Assembly (NCBI GenBank): GCA_963829055.1
Contig: CAWHHI010000019.1
Coordinates: 64,001 to 128,000, forward strand
Source: an uncultured Gemmatimonadaceae bacterium
GTDB lineage: Bacteria; Gemmatimonadota; Gemmatimonadetes; Gemmatimonadales; Gemmatimonadaceae
Direction of reading: 5' to 3'
Length of the DNA: 64,000 bases
Shown here: piece after piece, positions 20,898-33,346 of the stretch
Position numbering within the stretch: position 1 is the stretch's first letter
How the letters are laid out: each line of letters begins with the position of its first letter
The notes under the pieces: generated by a model
The model's input: the letters and a program-made list of their open reading frames with translations, nothing else
Told to the model about the DNA's origin: nothing
The model's database searches: none
Program-made: the position numbers and the translations under genes

Positions 20898-21953
20898 CTA
20901 GGCCGCCAGCAGGTCCTCGCGACGCTCGCGCGCGTGGCCAACCTCGCGACGACGACGGTCGGGAAAGTAGCGATCGAGAAACGCGAGCAGCGCGCGCTCT
21001 TCAGGCGTGTGATCGGCGACTTTTCGTCGAGCGGTCGTCCCACGTGCGGTCCTCGCGGGTTCGATCGTCACGCCGGCGTCGATGTACCGGGCGATCACGA
21101 GCGGGTGGACATACGACGCGCGGCAGATCGCAGGCGTGTTCCCCAACTCGGCGGCGACGAGACGCGCCGCGAGCGCGACGTTACGCGCGGCCTCACGCCC
21201 ATTCGCCCCCGGCCCGATGTCTCCGAGCACGGTCGCCATGCGCAGCGTGCCGCCCCACGTGCGGAAGTCCTTCGCCGTGTAGCGCGCCGACCCGAGCGAT
21301 CGCAGGTAGTCGTTCACGTCCTGCGCGGTCAGATCGACCCAGCGATTGCCCTCGTGGTAGCGAAACAGTCGAGGGCCCGGCGTCTTCATGAGTCGCCCGA
21401 TCACGCGCGCGAGTCCGCGATCGAAGATGACCTGCCGTTGGCGGATCGATCCCTTGCCTGTGTACTCGAACTGGAGCCGTTCGCCGCGCACCGAAACGTG
21501 CGATTTGCGGAGCGTCGTCAGCCCGAACGTCCCGTTGTCGCGCTCGTACCGCTCGTTGCCCACGCGGAAGAACGCTTCGCCGATCAGCCGGACGGCAGCC
21601 GCCGCGACGGCCGTTCGCGTGAGCTCGCGAGCGTCCAGGTCTCGCGCGACGCGGCGACGGATCGCGGGCAGGTCATGACCCATGCGACGAACGCGATGAT
21701 ACTTGCGCAGTTGGCCCCGCTCGACGGCGCGGTCATGGTAGCGATACTGTCGCCGTCCGCGGGCGTCGAAGCCCCATGCCTGCACGGAAGCGGTCGCGCT
21801 CGCGGCAATGCGCACGTCGCGCCACGCTGGTGGAATGCGCAGCCGCTGTATTCGGTCCAGTGTCGCGCGCTCACGTACGACCCGCCCTGCGTGGTCGACG
21901 TACGTGAATCCTTTTTTCGGCGCGCCCCGCCGAGTGATCCACTTGTCGCCCAT
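20898..21953 (-). CDS. DNA topoisomerase IB (poxvirus/eukaryote-like bacterial TopIB)
   Basis: IPPAW.DV.I, GRRQYRYH, RVGNE.Y, GLTTL, GKG, KDFRTW, LGNTPAICRASYVHP (catalytic Tyr). Confidence 0.95.
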   Translation of the reverse strand: MGDKWITRRGAPKKGFTYVDHAGRVVRERATLDRIQRLRIPPAWRDVRIAASATASVQAWGFDARGRRQYRYHDRAVERGQLRKYHRVRRMGHDLPAIRRRVARDLDARELTRTAVAAAAVRLIGEAFFRVGNERYERDNGTFGLTTLRKSHVSVRGERLQFEYTGKGSIRQRQVIFDRGLARVIGRLMKTPGPRLFRYHEGNRWVDLTAQDVNDYLRSLGSARYTAKDFRTWGGTLRMATVLGDIGPGANGREAARNVALAARLVAAELGNTPAICRASYVHPLVIARYIDAGVTIEPARTARGTTARRKVADHTPEERALLAFLDRYFPDRRRREVGHARERREDLLAA

Positions 21954-22056
21954 ATGCGTCGAGCGAAGGCAAGTTCAGGTCCAGTTCCTTACATTTGAAA
22001 ACCGCGTTCGGCCCTCGCCACGTTTCCGGCGCCCCAACCTTCGACGCCTGTCCTGC

Positions 22057-22836
22057 ATGCCATACTCTGCGATCGAGCTCTCCGTTGTCGACCGCGTCGC
22101 CACGCTGACCGTCAATCGACCCGACAAGCTCAACGCGCTCAACGCAGCGACCATCGGCGAGCTCGGCGACGCGATCGACGAGATCCGTCAGCGCGATGAC
22201 ATTGGCGGTGCGATTCTCACCGGAGCCGGCCGTGCGTTCGTCGCCGGCGCCGACATCAGCGAGCTGGCGGCGCAGACTCCCATGCAGGCGAAGCAGCGTG
22301 CGCTCAGGGGTCAGCAGATTTTCCGCCGGTTCGAGACGTCACCAAAGCCGGTGATCGCCGCCGTGAATGGCTTCGCGCTCGGTGGTGGCTGCGAGCTCGC
22401 GATGTCCTGCCACCTGCGTATTGCGAGTGAGGCGGCAAAGTTCGGTCAGCCGGAGGTCAAGCTCGGCATCTGTCCCGGTTACGGCGGAACGCAGCGGCTG
22501 CCACGCCTCGTCGGAATGGGACGCGCGCTCCAGCTGTTGATGACAGGCGAGATGATCGACGCGGCCGAAGCGTTCCGGATCGGACTCGTCAATCGAGTCG
22601 TGCCGGCCGCCGAACTGCTGACCGCCGCCGACGCCCTGCTCCGCCAGATGCTCGGGAACGGTCCGCTCGCGCTTGCGTCGTGTATCGAAGCGGTGGTTCG
22701 CGGAACCGAGACGTCGTTGGAAGACGGTCTCAACCTCGAGGCGAATCACTTCGCTCTGCTGTCGGGGTCGCAGGACATGGCGGAAGGCACGCGTGCGTTC
22801 CTCGAGAAGCGCGCGCCGAATTTCGCCGGTCGATGA
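22057..22836 (+). CDS. Enoyl-CoA hydratase/crotonase
   Basis: NRPDKLNAL, AFVAGADI, GFALGGGCELA, FGQPEVKLG..PGYGGTQRL. Confidence 0.95.
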   Translation: MPYSAIELSVVDRVATLTVNRPDKLNALNAATIGELGDAIDEIRQRDDIGGAILTGAGRAFVAGADISELAAQTPMQAKQRALRGQQIFRRFETSPKPVIAAVNGFALGGGCELAMSCHLRIASEAAKFGQPEVKLGICPGYGGTQRLPRLVGMGRALQLLMTGEMIDAAEAFRIGLVNRVVPAAELLTAADALLRQMLGNGPLALASCIEAVVRGTETSLEDGLNLEANHFALLSGSQDMAEGTRAFLEKRAPNFAGR

Positions 22837-22896
22837 ACCAGCGCCACCCGACAGCGGCCGACGGGTTGTCCTGACGTGGGATTCGACGTGTCGGGC

Positions 22897-24147
22897 ATGA
22901 CGACCGACGAGACGGCGGGACCAGTCATCCTCGAGACAATTTCGCTGCGCGATTTCAGAAATCTGGAACGCGTGCGACTCGACGTGCCGAGTGAAGGCAT
23001 GGCGATCGTCGGTGACAATGGTCATGGGAAGACGAATTTTCTCGAGGCGATCTACTACCTGCAGTTGCTGCGGTCGGCCCGCGGCGCGCGCGACCAGGAC
23101 GTCGTTCGGTTCGGCGCACAGGGATTTCACATCGCCGCCGAGGCAACCGTCGGGCGGCGCCGTACGCTGAGCGCCGCGTTCCAGCGGGCCGGCAAGCGAA
23201 AGAAGGTCGTCGTCGATGGCACCGAACCGTCGCGCCTGAGCGACGCGTTAGGCTCGTTGCCGTCCGTCATGTTCTCGCCGCGCGACGTCGACCTCGTGGC
23301 CGGCGCGCCGAGCGAGCGGCGCCGTTTCCTGGATGTGGCGCTGGCCCTGACCTCCCGCCGTTACCTCTCGGCATTGCAGCAATACCGCGCGGCGCTGGTA
23401 AGGCGGAACGCGGCGCTGAGAGACGCAGCGCGGAAGGGCGAAGCCGCGGGCGGCATCGCGCGGGCAACCGTCTGGGAGCCAGCCCTCGCGGAACATGGGG
23501 CTGTTCTTTGGGCCGGTCGCGTGGCGTGGGTGGAGCGGGTAGCGGATGATTTCGCGAAGCTCTGTGCGACCATCGGCGAGCGTGGTGACGCTCGGCTTCG
23601 ATACGTGACGTCTTCGACGACTGCGGCCATATCTGCAGGCATGTCCGTACCTGACCTCGCGAACCGACTCGCCGACTCGCTGGCCGCGCATCGCACAGCG
23701 GATCTCCGTCGTGGGCTCACGCATGCCGGACCCCATCGCGACGACCTCGAGCTCATGCTCGACAGCCATCCCCTTCGTGGGTTCGGCTCTGCCGGTCAGC
23801 AGCGCACCGCATCCATCGCGCTCCGTCTGCTCGAAGCGGCTACACTTCGTGGCGTAGGTCACGCTCCGCTCGTCCTGCTCGATGACCCCTTCGCCGAGCT
23901 CGATGTGCGACGCGCCAACAGGATTCTGGAACTGCTCGGGAGCAGCGGCGTGCCGCATCAGACGATTCTCGCCGTGCCTCGCGCCGCTGACATCCCGGCG
24001 GGCATGACATCGCTTCCGCGATTCCATGTCATGGACGGAACGGTATCGGCTGCCGGCGCGTCGGATGGGCCCGCGACGACGTCAGGCGGTGTTGCAACAC
24101 TGGAGGCGCAGGCAGCAGCCATGCACGAATCACACGAGCAATTGTGA
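22897..24147 (+). CDS. recF: DNA replication/repair protein RecF
   Basis: DFRN, GDNGHGKTN, P.ERRRFLD, GPHRDDL, SAGQQR, LLDDPFAELD. Confidence 0.95.
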   Translation: MTTDETAGPVILETISLRDFRNLERVRLDVPSEGMAIVGDNGHGKTNFLEAIYYLQLLRSARGARDQDVVRFGAQGFHIAAEATVGRRRTLSAAFQRAGKRKKVVVDGTEPSRLSDALGSLPSVMFSPRDVDLVAGAPSERRRFLDVALALTSRRYLSALQQYRAALVRRNAALRDAARKGEAAGGIARATVWEPALAEHGAVLWAGRVAWVERVADDFAKLCATIGERGDARLRYVTSSTTAAISAGMSVPDLANRLADSLAAHRTADLRRGLTHAGPHRDDLELMLDSHPLRGFGSAGQQRTASIALRLLEAATLRGVGHAPLVLLDDPFAELDVRRANRILELLGSSGVPHQTILAVPRAADIPAGMTSLPRFHVMDGTVSAAGASDGPATTSGGVATLEAQAAAMHESHEQL

Positions 24148-24458
24148 GCGGCCCTCCACGGAAGACCCGGCCACAGCCGATCTCCGCCGCGATCTCGCAG
24201 TTCCTCGAGCAGTCGGGGCTGCGTGACCGTGTCGAGCAGGCAACGGTAGTCCCCGAGTGGCCCACGCTGGTTGGTGCCCAGATCTCGGCGGTTACTGAGC
24301 CGTTGTCAGTGACCGCGGACGGCGTGCTGTTCGTCGCCGTCCGGACGCACGCCTGGATGTCGGAGCTTTCGCTGCTCGAGCCCGAGTTGCTGGCGTCGCT
24401 GAACCGCAATGCTGATCGACCGCCCGTGCGGAAGATTCGGTGGCAATTGATGCGCTGA
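24144..24458 (+). CDS. DUF721/DciA family protein
   Basis: W..LVGAQI...T.P...GVLFV.V...AWMSEL, canonical position between recF and gyrB. Confidence 0.85.
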   Translation: MSGPPRKTRPQPISAAISQFLEQSGLRDRVEQATVVPEWPTLVGAQISAVTEPLSVTADGVLFVAVRTHAWMSELSLLEPELLASLNRNADRPPVRKIRWQLMR

Positions 24459-24522
24459 GGTTGCGGCCGCGAACAGGCTCGTAATTTGTTGAATGAATAG
24501 GACTTAGCTGAAGGCAGGAATC

Positions 24523-26570
<2,048 letters not shown>

Positions 26571-26589
26571 CGCGTCGATTCAGGCACAA

Positions 26590-26634
26590 GAACAAACCCC
26601 TCGCGAGCCGCTGCGGCTCGCGAGGGGTTTGTTC
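26590..26634. terminator. Bidirectional hairpin terminator between gyrB and the M56 gene
   Basis: GAACAAACCCCTCGCGAGCCGC-T-GCGGCTCGCGAGGGGTTTGTTC inverted repeat. Confidence 0.85.
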
Positions 26635-26649
26635 GTAAGGCCGCTGAAC

Positions 26650-29467
26650 CTAACGCGGTGTTGCGCTGCGGCGAACCGCCGCCATCGCGCGACCATAGTC
26701 ATACTCACTCTGAATAGTGCCGGCCGCGCGCTCGAACGCGGGTCGCAGATTGTCGTCGATGGTGATGGCCTTCGCAAACTCCACCAGCAGGGACGCACAC
26801 TCATAGTCCGAATCGATCTTTGCGGCCGACGCGAGGACGGCCTTCGCGAGACCCGGCGTGAGGTTGCCGCGAGAGATCAGCGGCGACAATGCCCGATGGT
26901 GTTCGTAGTCGGACCCGATCTTGTCGGCTGCGGCGAAGTATGCGTCGTTCGTCGATGCGTCCAGCCCGCCGGTCTTCGCCACCTGGATCAGAAACTCCGC
27001 GAGCTCGTAGTCGGAGGAGATACGACGAGCGTCCTCGAGGAGAGCGCGTGTCACCGACGGAGTCAGATTGCCTCCAGCGAGGATCGCGGTCAGCACACGG
27101 CGATGCTCGTAGTCCGACTCGATCGAGCCAACCGCCTTGATGTAGACCGGGCGCGTATCGTCGTTCATCGCATACCGCTTGGAGACGCCAATCAGCAGCT
27201 CGGCCAGCTCATAGTCGGAACCGATCGTGCTCGCTGCCTCCAGGAGCGCCTGCACGGTCGCCGGTGCAAGACGATCCCGCTGCAGCAACGCAGTGAGTGC
27301 CCGACGGCGCTCATAGTCGGAGTCGATCTTCTTCGTCGCCGACACGAATGCGGCATGCGAGTCGTCACCGAACGCGTCGAGCTTCGCGACGGCAACGAGC
27401 AGTTCCGCGAGCTCGTAATCGGACGACATCTGGCTCCCTGCCTGCTCCACCACGCGCCGGACCTGTGCCCGATCGAGTTGGCGCATCGAGAGCAGCTTCG
27501 TGTAGTAACGACGCCGCGCATAGTCGCCACTGAGCAGCGTGATCTCTTGTAGCACGCCGTCGACGCCGGCGCGCTCGAGAATCGCGGGCACTCGCTGATC
27601 CACCGCAAACGCCGTCTGGCGCTCGAGCGTGATGATCGCATCGGCAAACCACGCGCCCGCCGCCGCGTCGTACTCGGCCTTCGCACCATTGACGAAGTAC
27701 GTGCGTTCCAGCGTCCCCGGGCTCGTCGGGCGAATCACGAGGCGCTTCGTGTCGTCCCCATCATGCTGCTCGATCGTAAACGACGCGCCGCTCGACATCG
27801 ATTCGATGTCGGTGAGATCGCGGTTGAACTTGAACTCTCCACGCGCATCCACTTCGAACGAGCAGTCGCCCTCGGACCACCGCACCTTCCACCGCTTCGA
27901 CCCGTCGTCGGTCGTGATCGAGGTAGAGCGCGAATGCTCTCCACCAGCAGCCTTGGCGCGATCGCACGGTGCTGTACGTGCGGCGGGTAACAGCGCCGTC
28001 TCCGCGGGGGCCGCCGCGACCGTGGCGAGTGCCGGCGCCGCCGTGGAAGCCGTGCTCGCATCGATCGAGACGACGCTCACTCGCGGCACTACCGTCTCGA
28101 TCGCGTCGCTCGCTGGCGATGCCGGCAGCGCGCCAGGTGCGGCGGTGCCACCAATGCCAGACACCGTTGTGCCATTGCGTGCCGGCCTGGGTTGCGCCGC
28201 AACCGCCGGGGTTGCCGCGCGCGCGGTCGCCGTTCTCGGTGTGACTGATGCAATGCTGGCCACGACAACCGAGGCGGCTACTACCGCTTGTGCCGTCGTG
28301 AGACGCGAGACGCGGCCCCGCGGACGCCGGTCGTCGAGAACGGCCATGAGCCGCCCAGCCATCTGGGACGGTCGCGCCATCGCCAGCCCGCCTAACGCGG
28401 CAGCGCCGATGACACGTGTCGATCGTGCGACGCGCAACAGATAGTCGGCGTACTCGGACGCCTTCGAACCGGCGCGCAGTACCTCGTCGTCGCAGGCTCG
28501 CTCGCGCTCAGCGCGAAGCTGCGCCGCCGCCATCCACGCGAGTGGATTGAACCAGTGAACCGCGCACGCCAACTGCGCGGTGAGCTGCGTCAGGCAATCG
28601 TACCGGCGAACGTGCGCCAGCTCGTGACGCAACACGTCGAGTCGCTGCTCGATCGTGGAATCGAAGTCATCCGCCGGCAGCAACACGATCGGGCGAAAGA
28701 CGCCCCACGTCATGGGCATGACCGCCTCGTCGGACTCGATGAAGCGGACGCGGCGACGGACGTCGAGCTCGCGCATCGCTGAAGGCACGAGGAGCGCCCA
28801 ACGGCCACCGCGCATGTCGCGCGCACGTCGCGCCACCTTCGACAGCCTGACCATGCCGACGACACACGGGATGATCGACACGATCGCGCCGAGCGCCCAC
28901 ACGACGACCAGCCACGGGATGAGCGATGGAGTCGCGGGCACAGTCTGCACGACCGCGCTCGCGGTCGCTGGCTCGCCATCGCCCCCGGCCGAGCTGATGC
29001 TCCGCGACTCGCACCACGTATGCATCGCGTTCCAGGCGCAGTACCGCCGTCGTCGCGGGCGAGGACGCCATGCGCGTAACGGCGCGCCGTCGCGGCACCG
29101 CTGTCCCGCCGACCGACACGGTACTTGGAGCGCGCGGGGCCAGCGACAACACGATGTTCGACGACGCCCCGCTGAGCGCAGGCGAAACCGTGACGGCATC
29201 CAGGCGCGGAGTCTCATTCGACAACCAGCGTGGCACCGCGATGCCCCAACGCGGAACGATCGCGGCGATCGCCGGCGCGACAAGCGCACCGGTGAGTGAC
29301 AGAGTCCAGATGAGGTGTCGCGTCGCCGCCGACGCGGCGCGCGCGACGAGCGCACACAGGGCGCCGACCATCAGGATGATCATTCCCTTTGCAAACGCGC
29401 CGATCAGCAGCGGCGCCACGCCGACGACGCTGGCGGCGTCGAGAAAGTCGTTGACATGCATGGTCAC
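26650..29467 (-). CDS. BlaR1/MecR1-type M56 metallopeptidase with a long C-terminal repeat domain (apparent +1 frameshift near 29001)
   Basis: ASAATRHLIW, PMTWG.FRPIVLLP, HELAHVRRYD, HWFNPL.W, ERERACDD. N- and C-terminal halves lie in different frames. Confidence 0.9.
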
Positions 29468-29853
29468 TTTCCCTCTCGTTTGGCCTTTTCGATCAACGCC
29501 GCGAGCTGTTCGGCTTCGTTGGCCGAGAGCTGGGACTCGGACATGTCGAGCAGGGCGGCAACGGCTTGCGTGGACGATCCATCAAAGAACGTCTTCACGA
29601 GCTGCCGGAGCGCCGACTGCCGCGCCGCGGTGCGTGGCACGACTGGTGAGTAGACATAACGCGGCCCATCCGCACGGTGTGTCAGGTGCCCCTTGTCCTC
29701 GAGGATCCGCAGCATCGCACGAACTGCGGAATAGCTCGGCGGGTCAGGCAGCCGCTCGAGCACGTCGGCTGCCGAGGCCGATCGCAGACCGTAGACGATC
29801 TCCATGATCTGCCGTTCGCGACGACTGAGCTGCGGCGGTTTTTTCTCGGCCAT
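29464..29853 (-). CDS. BlaI/MecI/CopY family repressor
   Basis: LSRRERQIM, SYSAVRAMLRILEDKG, RYVY.P, FFDGS. Confidence 0.95.
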   Translation of the reverse strand: MAEKKPPQLSRRERQIMEIVYGLRSASAADVLERLPDPPSYSAVRAMLRILEDKGHLTHRADGPRYVYSPVVPRTAARQSALRQLVKTFFDGSSTQAVAALLDMSESQLSANEAEQLAALIEKAKREGK

Positions 29854-29912
29854 CGAATGCGGGGTGGAGGTCAGGCAGGCGCGCGGCTGCTCAGGAACGG
29901 CACGATCGCGTA

Positions 29913-29967
29913 TGCTAACAATTTAGCAGTGTGTTAAATCTTTAGCATCGGAAATCGCGGCTGTCAA
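29913..29967 (-). promoter_or_regulatory. Tandem palindromic operators overlapping the blaI-like promoter
   Basis: TGCTAA-CAAT-TTAGCA (29913-29928) and TGTTAA-ATCT-TTAGCA (29932-29947). Minus-strand TTGACA (29967-29962), 17 nt, then TAAAGA. Confidence 0.7.
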
Positions 29968-30054
29968 GGGACGCTTCCCCGTCCGGCTGGCGCCGCGACC
30001 GAGAGGTGTGCGCGCGTTGCGCCTTCACGCATGAGCGCCGGCGAGTGACGGGCT

Positions 30055-30091
30055 GGACTGCCGACTGACGCCGTTATGACGCCTGAATGAC
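30055..30091. promoter_or_regulatory. 11-bp-phased (T/G)GAC direct repeats, winged-helix regulator-type site
   Basis: GGAC 30055, TGAC 30066, 30077, 30088. Confidence 0.45.
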
Positions 30092-30166
30092 TGTCAGCTA
30101 ACCGATGGCGCGTAGCGTGTCGCGTCGTGTCGGTTTCGGCGTACCTCTCTTCAACGAGGGAATCTC

Positions 30167-30695
30167 ATGAACGCCTCGCGCATCATCATCGCCTGGACAG
30201 TCCTGGGACTCTGTGCCTGCTCGGACAACCCAGCATCACCGCGTGCTCCCCTGTCGCCGGTAACGGAAGGCCCGAAGTTCGCCGCGCTCGCCTCTACCAC
30301 CAGCGACGTGTTCCCCGTCGAGATCGCGCAGTTCGTTCCGTGTGCGAATGGCGGCGCCGGCGAAATCGTGGTCGTGTCCGGCAACCTCCACCAGGTGCTG
30401 AGCACGGTCATCAGTGCGAACGGGAACATCACCGTGAGAAGCCATTTTCAGCCGCAGGGCATCTCCGGCGTCGGCCTAACGACAGGTGACAAATACCAGG
30501 CGACCGGGGTGACCGAATTCTCGGACACCTTCGGGGCGCCGTTCCCGGTCACATCGACGTTCGTCAACAACTTCCGTTTCATCGGCGCGGGCGCTGGGAA
30601 CAATCTTCTGATCCACGAAGTAGCGCACCTGACGATCAATGCGAACGGCGTCGTGAGGGTGGACCGTGGACAACTTCAGCGAGGAATGTCGCTGA
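30167..30695 (+). CDS. Lipoprotein, hypothetical (apparent +1 frameshift near 30661)
   Basis: LCAC lipobox. The corrected C-terminus VRVTVDNFSEECR* is followed by a hairpin. Confidence 0.75.
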
Positions 30696-30737
30696 AGGCA
30701 GACCACAGAACCGCAAACGCAGTCAACGAGCGCACTC

Positions 30738-30767
30738 AGCGGGAGGCCCGACGTCGGGCCTCCCGCT
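30738..30767. terminator. Perfect 30-bp palindrome, probable terminator
   Basis: AGCGGGAGGCCCGAC|GTCGGGCCTCCCGCT followed by CAGCTTTT, between convergent genes. Confidence 0.75.
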
Positions 30768-30805
30768 CAGCTTTTCACGCCGGCGACTGGCCGGCATTGC
30801 TACGC

Positions 30806-31069
30806 TCAGCCGTTCCGCTTGGACTCGTCGAACAGGATCTTCGCGTACGCGAGGTGAGCGGCAATGATCCCGAGCACAGGAATCGCCGCGCTGATCCAGG
30901 TCAGCGTCGCGTGGGTGGAGTCGATGCCGCCGGTTGACGTTGGACGCGACCCGAACGCGATGAGGGCATAGAGCCCGAGTACTCCGAATCCGACACCGAC
31001 CGCGCCGAGCGCGGCGAGCTTCGCGTACTTGCGAACCGATGGCGGTGTGCGAGTGGCAGGTGCAGTCAT
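30806..31069 (-). CDS. Small two-TM membrane protein
   Basis: Two hydrophobic helices, directly downstream of the phosphorylase. Confidence 0.65.
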   Translation of the reverse strand: MTAPATRTPPSVRKYAKLAALGAVGVGFGVLGLYALIAFGSRPTSTGGIDSTHATLTWISAAIPVLGIIAAHLAYAKILFDESKRNG

Positions 31070-31088
31070 TGTCGATAATCGATCGGGG

Positions 31089-32429
31089 TCAATCGTGTTC
31101 GAAGGATGTCACGCCGTTCGCCGTGACGCGATGAGAGATGAGCGGGAGCGGCAGCTCTGCCTCGTCGGCAATGGAGATCGCCTGTCTCAACGCCGCCAGT
31201 CCGGTCTCGACGCCCGCACGGTCGCGCGCGAACACCGTGGCGAGCGGCTCGCCTTGCTGCACGACGTCTCCCGGCTTCGCGGTGATGACGAATCCGACCG
31301 ATGGGTCGACGGTATCGTCCATTCGCGTTCGCCCGCCGCCTAACGCCGTGACGCCTCGGCCCACGACGCGCGGTTCGACGCGCGCGATGACGCCCGAGCG
31401 TGACGAGAGGAACAGTTCGCACGCGCGAGCCTGCGGCAGGACCGCCGGATCGTCCACGACGCCCGGGTTACCACCCTGGGCTTCGATGATCTCCTCGAAT
31501 TTCCGCGCCGCCTTGCCGCTGGAGATTGCGACCTCCATCGCGCGCCGCGCGGCGTCGCGGTTCGCGGCGACGCCGCCCACCACCAACATCTCCGCGCCTA
31601 ACGCGTACGTCACGCCGAGCACGTCCGGCGGTCCCTCGCCGCGCAGCGTATGGATGGCCTCCTCCACCTCCAGCGCGTTGCCGCACGCGCGACCGAGGGG
31701 CCGGTCCATCGCCGTGATGAGCGCGACGACGGTGCACCCGCGATCCTCGCCGAGGTTGATCATCGTCTGCGCGAGCTCGAGCTCGCGATCGAGGTCGGGG
31801 AGGAACGCCCCCGCGCCTCGCTTCACGTCGAGCACCAGCCCCGTGAGCCCTTCCGCGAGTTTCTTGCTCATGATGCTCGCGGCGATGAGCGGGACACTCT
31901 CCACCGTCGATGTCGCGTCTCGAAGCGCGTACATCTTGCGATCGGCGGGCGCGATCTCCGCACTCTGCCCGAGCATCGCGCACCCGATCCGCTCGATCTG
32001 CGCGGTGGCTTCGGCGAGTGTGAGCGTCGTGCGAAATCCGGGAATCGACTCCAGCTTGTCGAGTGTTCCTCCGGTGTGACCGAGCCCGCGGCCGCTCATC
32101 ATCGGCACGGCAACGCCCAAGGAGGAGACGAGAGGCGCGAGCACGAGCGAGATCTTGTCCCCGACGCCGCCCGTCGAATGCTTGTCGACGCGGCCCATGT
32201 CGAGGTGGTCCAGGTTCAGCACGGCCCCGGTCGCGAGCATGGCATCGGTGAGCGCATTCGTCTCGGCGCGATCGAGCCCGCGGATATAGGCCGCCATGAG
32301 AAACGCGGCCATCTGGTAGTCGGGCACGTGCCCGGCGGCGTACGCGCTCGTCAACGCGCGCCATTCACCCGGCTCGATTCGCCCGCCATCGCGCTTTCGC
32401 TCGATGAGTCGTTGCGCGAGCGCGGTCAC
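31089..32429 (-). CDS. pdp: Thymidine/pyrimidine-nucleoside phosphorylase
   Basis: PDYQ, DKHSTGGVGDK, SGRGLGHTGGTLDKLESIPG, YALRD.T.TV, IMSKKLA. Confidence 0.95.
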   Translation of the reverse strand: MTALAQRLIERKRDGGRIEPGEWRALTSAYAAGHVPDYQMAAFLMAAYIRGLDRAETNALTDAMLATGAVLNLDHLDMGRVDKHSTGGVGDKISLVLAPLVSSLGVAVPMMSGRGLGHTGGTLDKLESIPGFRTTLTLAEATAQIERIGCAMLGQSAEIAPADRKMYALRDATSTVESVPLIAASIMSKKLAEGLTGLVLDVKRGAGAFLPDLDRELELAQTMINLGEDRGCTVVALITAMDRPLGRACGNALEVEEAIHTLRGEGPPDVLGVTYALGAEMLVVGGVAANRDAARRAMEVAISSGKAARKFEEIIEAQGGNPGVVDDPAVLPQARACELFLSSRSGVIARVEPRVVGRGVTALGGGRTRMDDTVDPSVGFVITAKPGDVVQQGEPLATVFARDRAGVETGLAALRQAISIADEAELPLPLISHRVTANGVTSFEHD

Positions 32430-32584
32430 GTCGCCGCCCGGCGAGCCACGCGATAGCCCACGTGATTACAGTTGATACGTCGTGATGATGAGCTTTGGCC
32501 GGTTTCCGGGGTATTCGTACGTTGCCATCTGGGAGGCGAGCCGCGCCGCGTGCTGGCTCGCCATGCACTCATACCGGAGTACTC

Positions 32585-33346
32585 ATGTCGTTTCGGTCGT
32601 TCGTCGCGGGACTGTTCCTGATCGCCGGCGCCGCCCGCGCTCAGTCGCCCGCGCAGCACATCGCCCTGGGCGACAGCATGTACGCACAGTTCAAACCCGA
32701 CGAGGCCCTGCCCCACTACCTCGCGGCTATCGGCGCCGATTCGTCGAACGCGGAGGCGTTGTGGAAAGCAGCGCGGAGCGATGTGGACCTCGCGGAAGCC
32801 GAAAAGGATGAAGGGCGGCGTGATCGCTTCTCCAAAGCTGGTGAGGCGCTCGCGCGCCGTTCGATTCGCGTGAATGCGCAGGACGCTGACGCTCACTTCA
32901 CCCTCGCGCGAGCACTTGGCCGGCGCGCACTCACGCTCGGCGTCCGCGATCGGATCAAGTACGCGACGGACGTGCGATCCGAGGCGCTGGAAGCGCTCCG
33001 GCTCAACCCGAACCATCCCGGCGCGCTCCACGTGATGGGCGTGTGGAACGCTGAGGTCATGCGACTGAACGGCGTGTCACGCTTCTTTGCGAAGAACGTC
33101 CTCGGGGGACGAGTATTTGGCGAAGCGAGCTGGGACAGAGCGGTGTCGTACATGGAGCGCGCGGTCGCCGTCGACCCCGACCGAATCGTGCACCATCTCG
33201 ACCTCGGCAAGATTTACGTGGACGTGGGCGACAAGGCAAAGGCGCAGGCCCAGTTCGACCTCGCCATTCGCGGCCGACGCATCGATTTCAGCGATCCGGC
33301 ATTTCAGCGCGACGCCCAGAACGCGCTGCAGAAGCTCAAGAGCTAG
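32585..33346 (+). CDS. Secreted TPR-like protein
   Basis: Signal peptide ARA-Q, helical repeats (AHF.LARALG, AL.LNPNH, AV.VDP....HHLDLG). Confidence 0.8.
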   Translation: MSFRSFVAGLFLIAGAARAQSPAQHIALGDSMYAQFKPDEALPHYLAAIGADSSNAEALWKAARSDVDLAEAEKDEGRRDRFSKAGEALARRSIRVNAQDADAHFTLARALGRRALTLGVRDRIKYATDVRSEALEALRLNPNHPGALHVMGVWNAEVMRLNGVSRFFAKNVLGGRVFGEASWDRAVSYMERAVAVDPDRIVHHLDLGKIYVDVGDKAKAQAQFDLAIRGRRIDFSDPAFQRDAQNALQKLKS

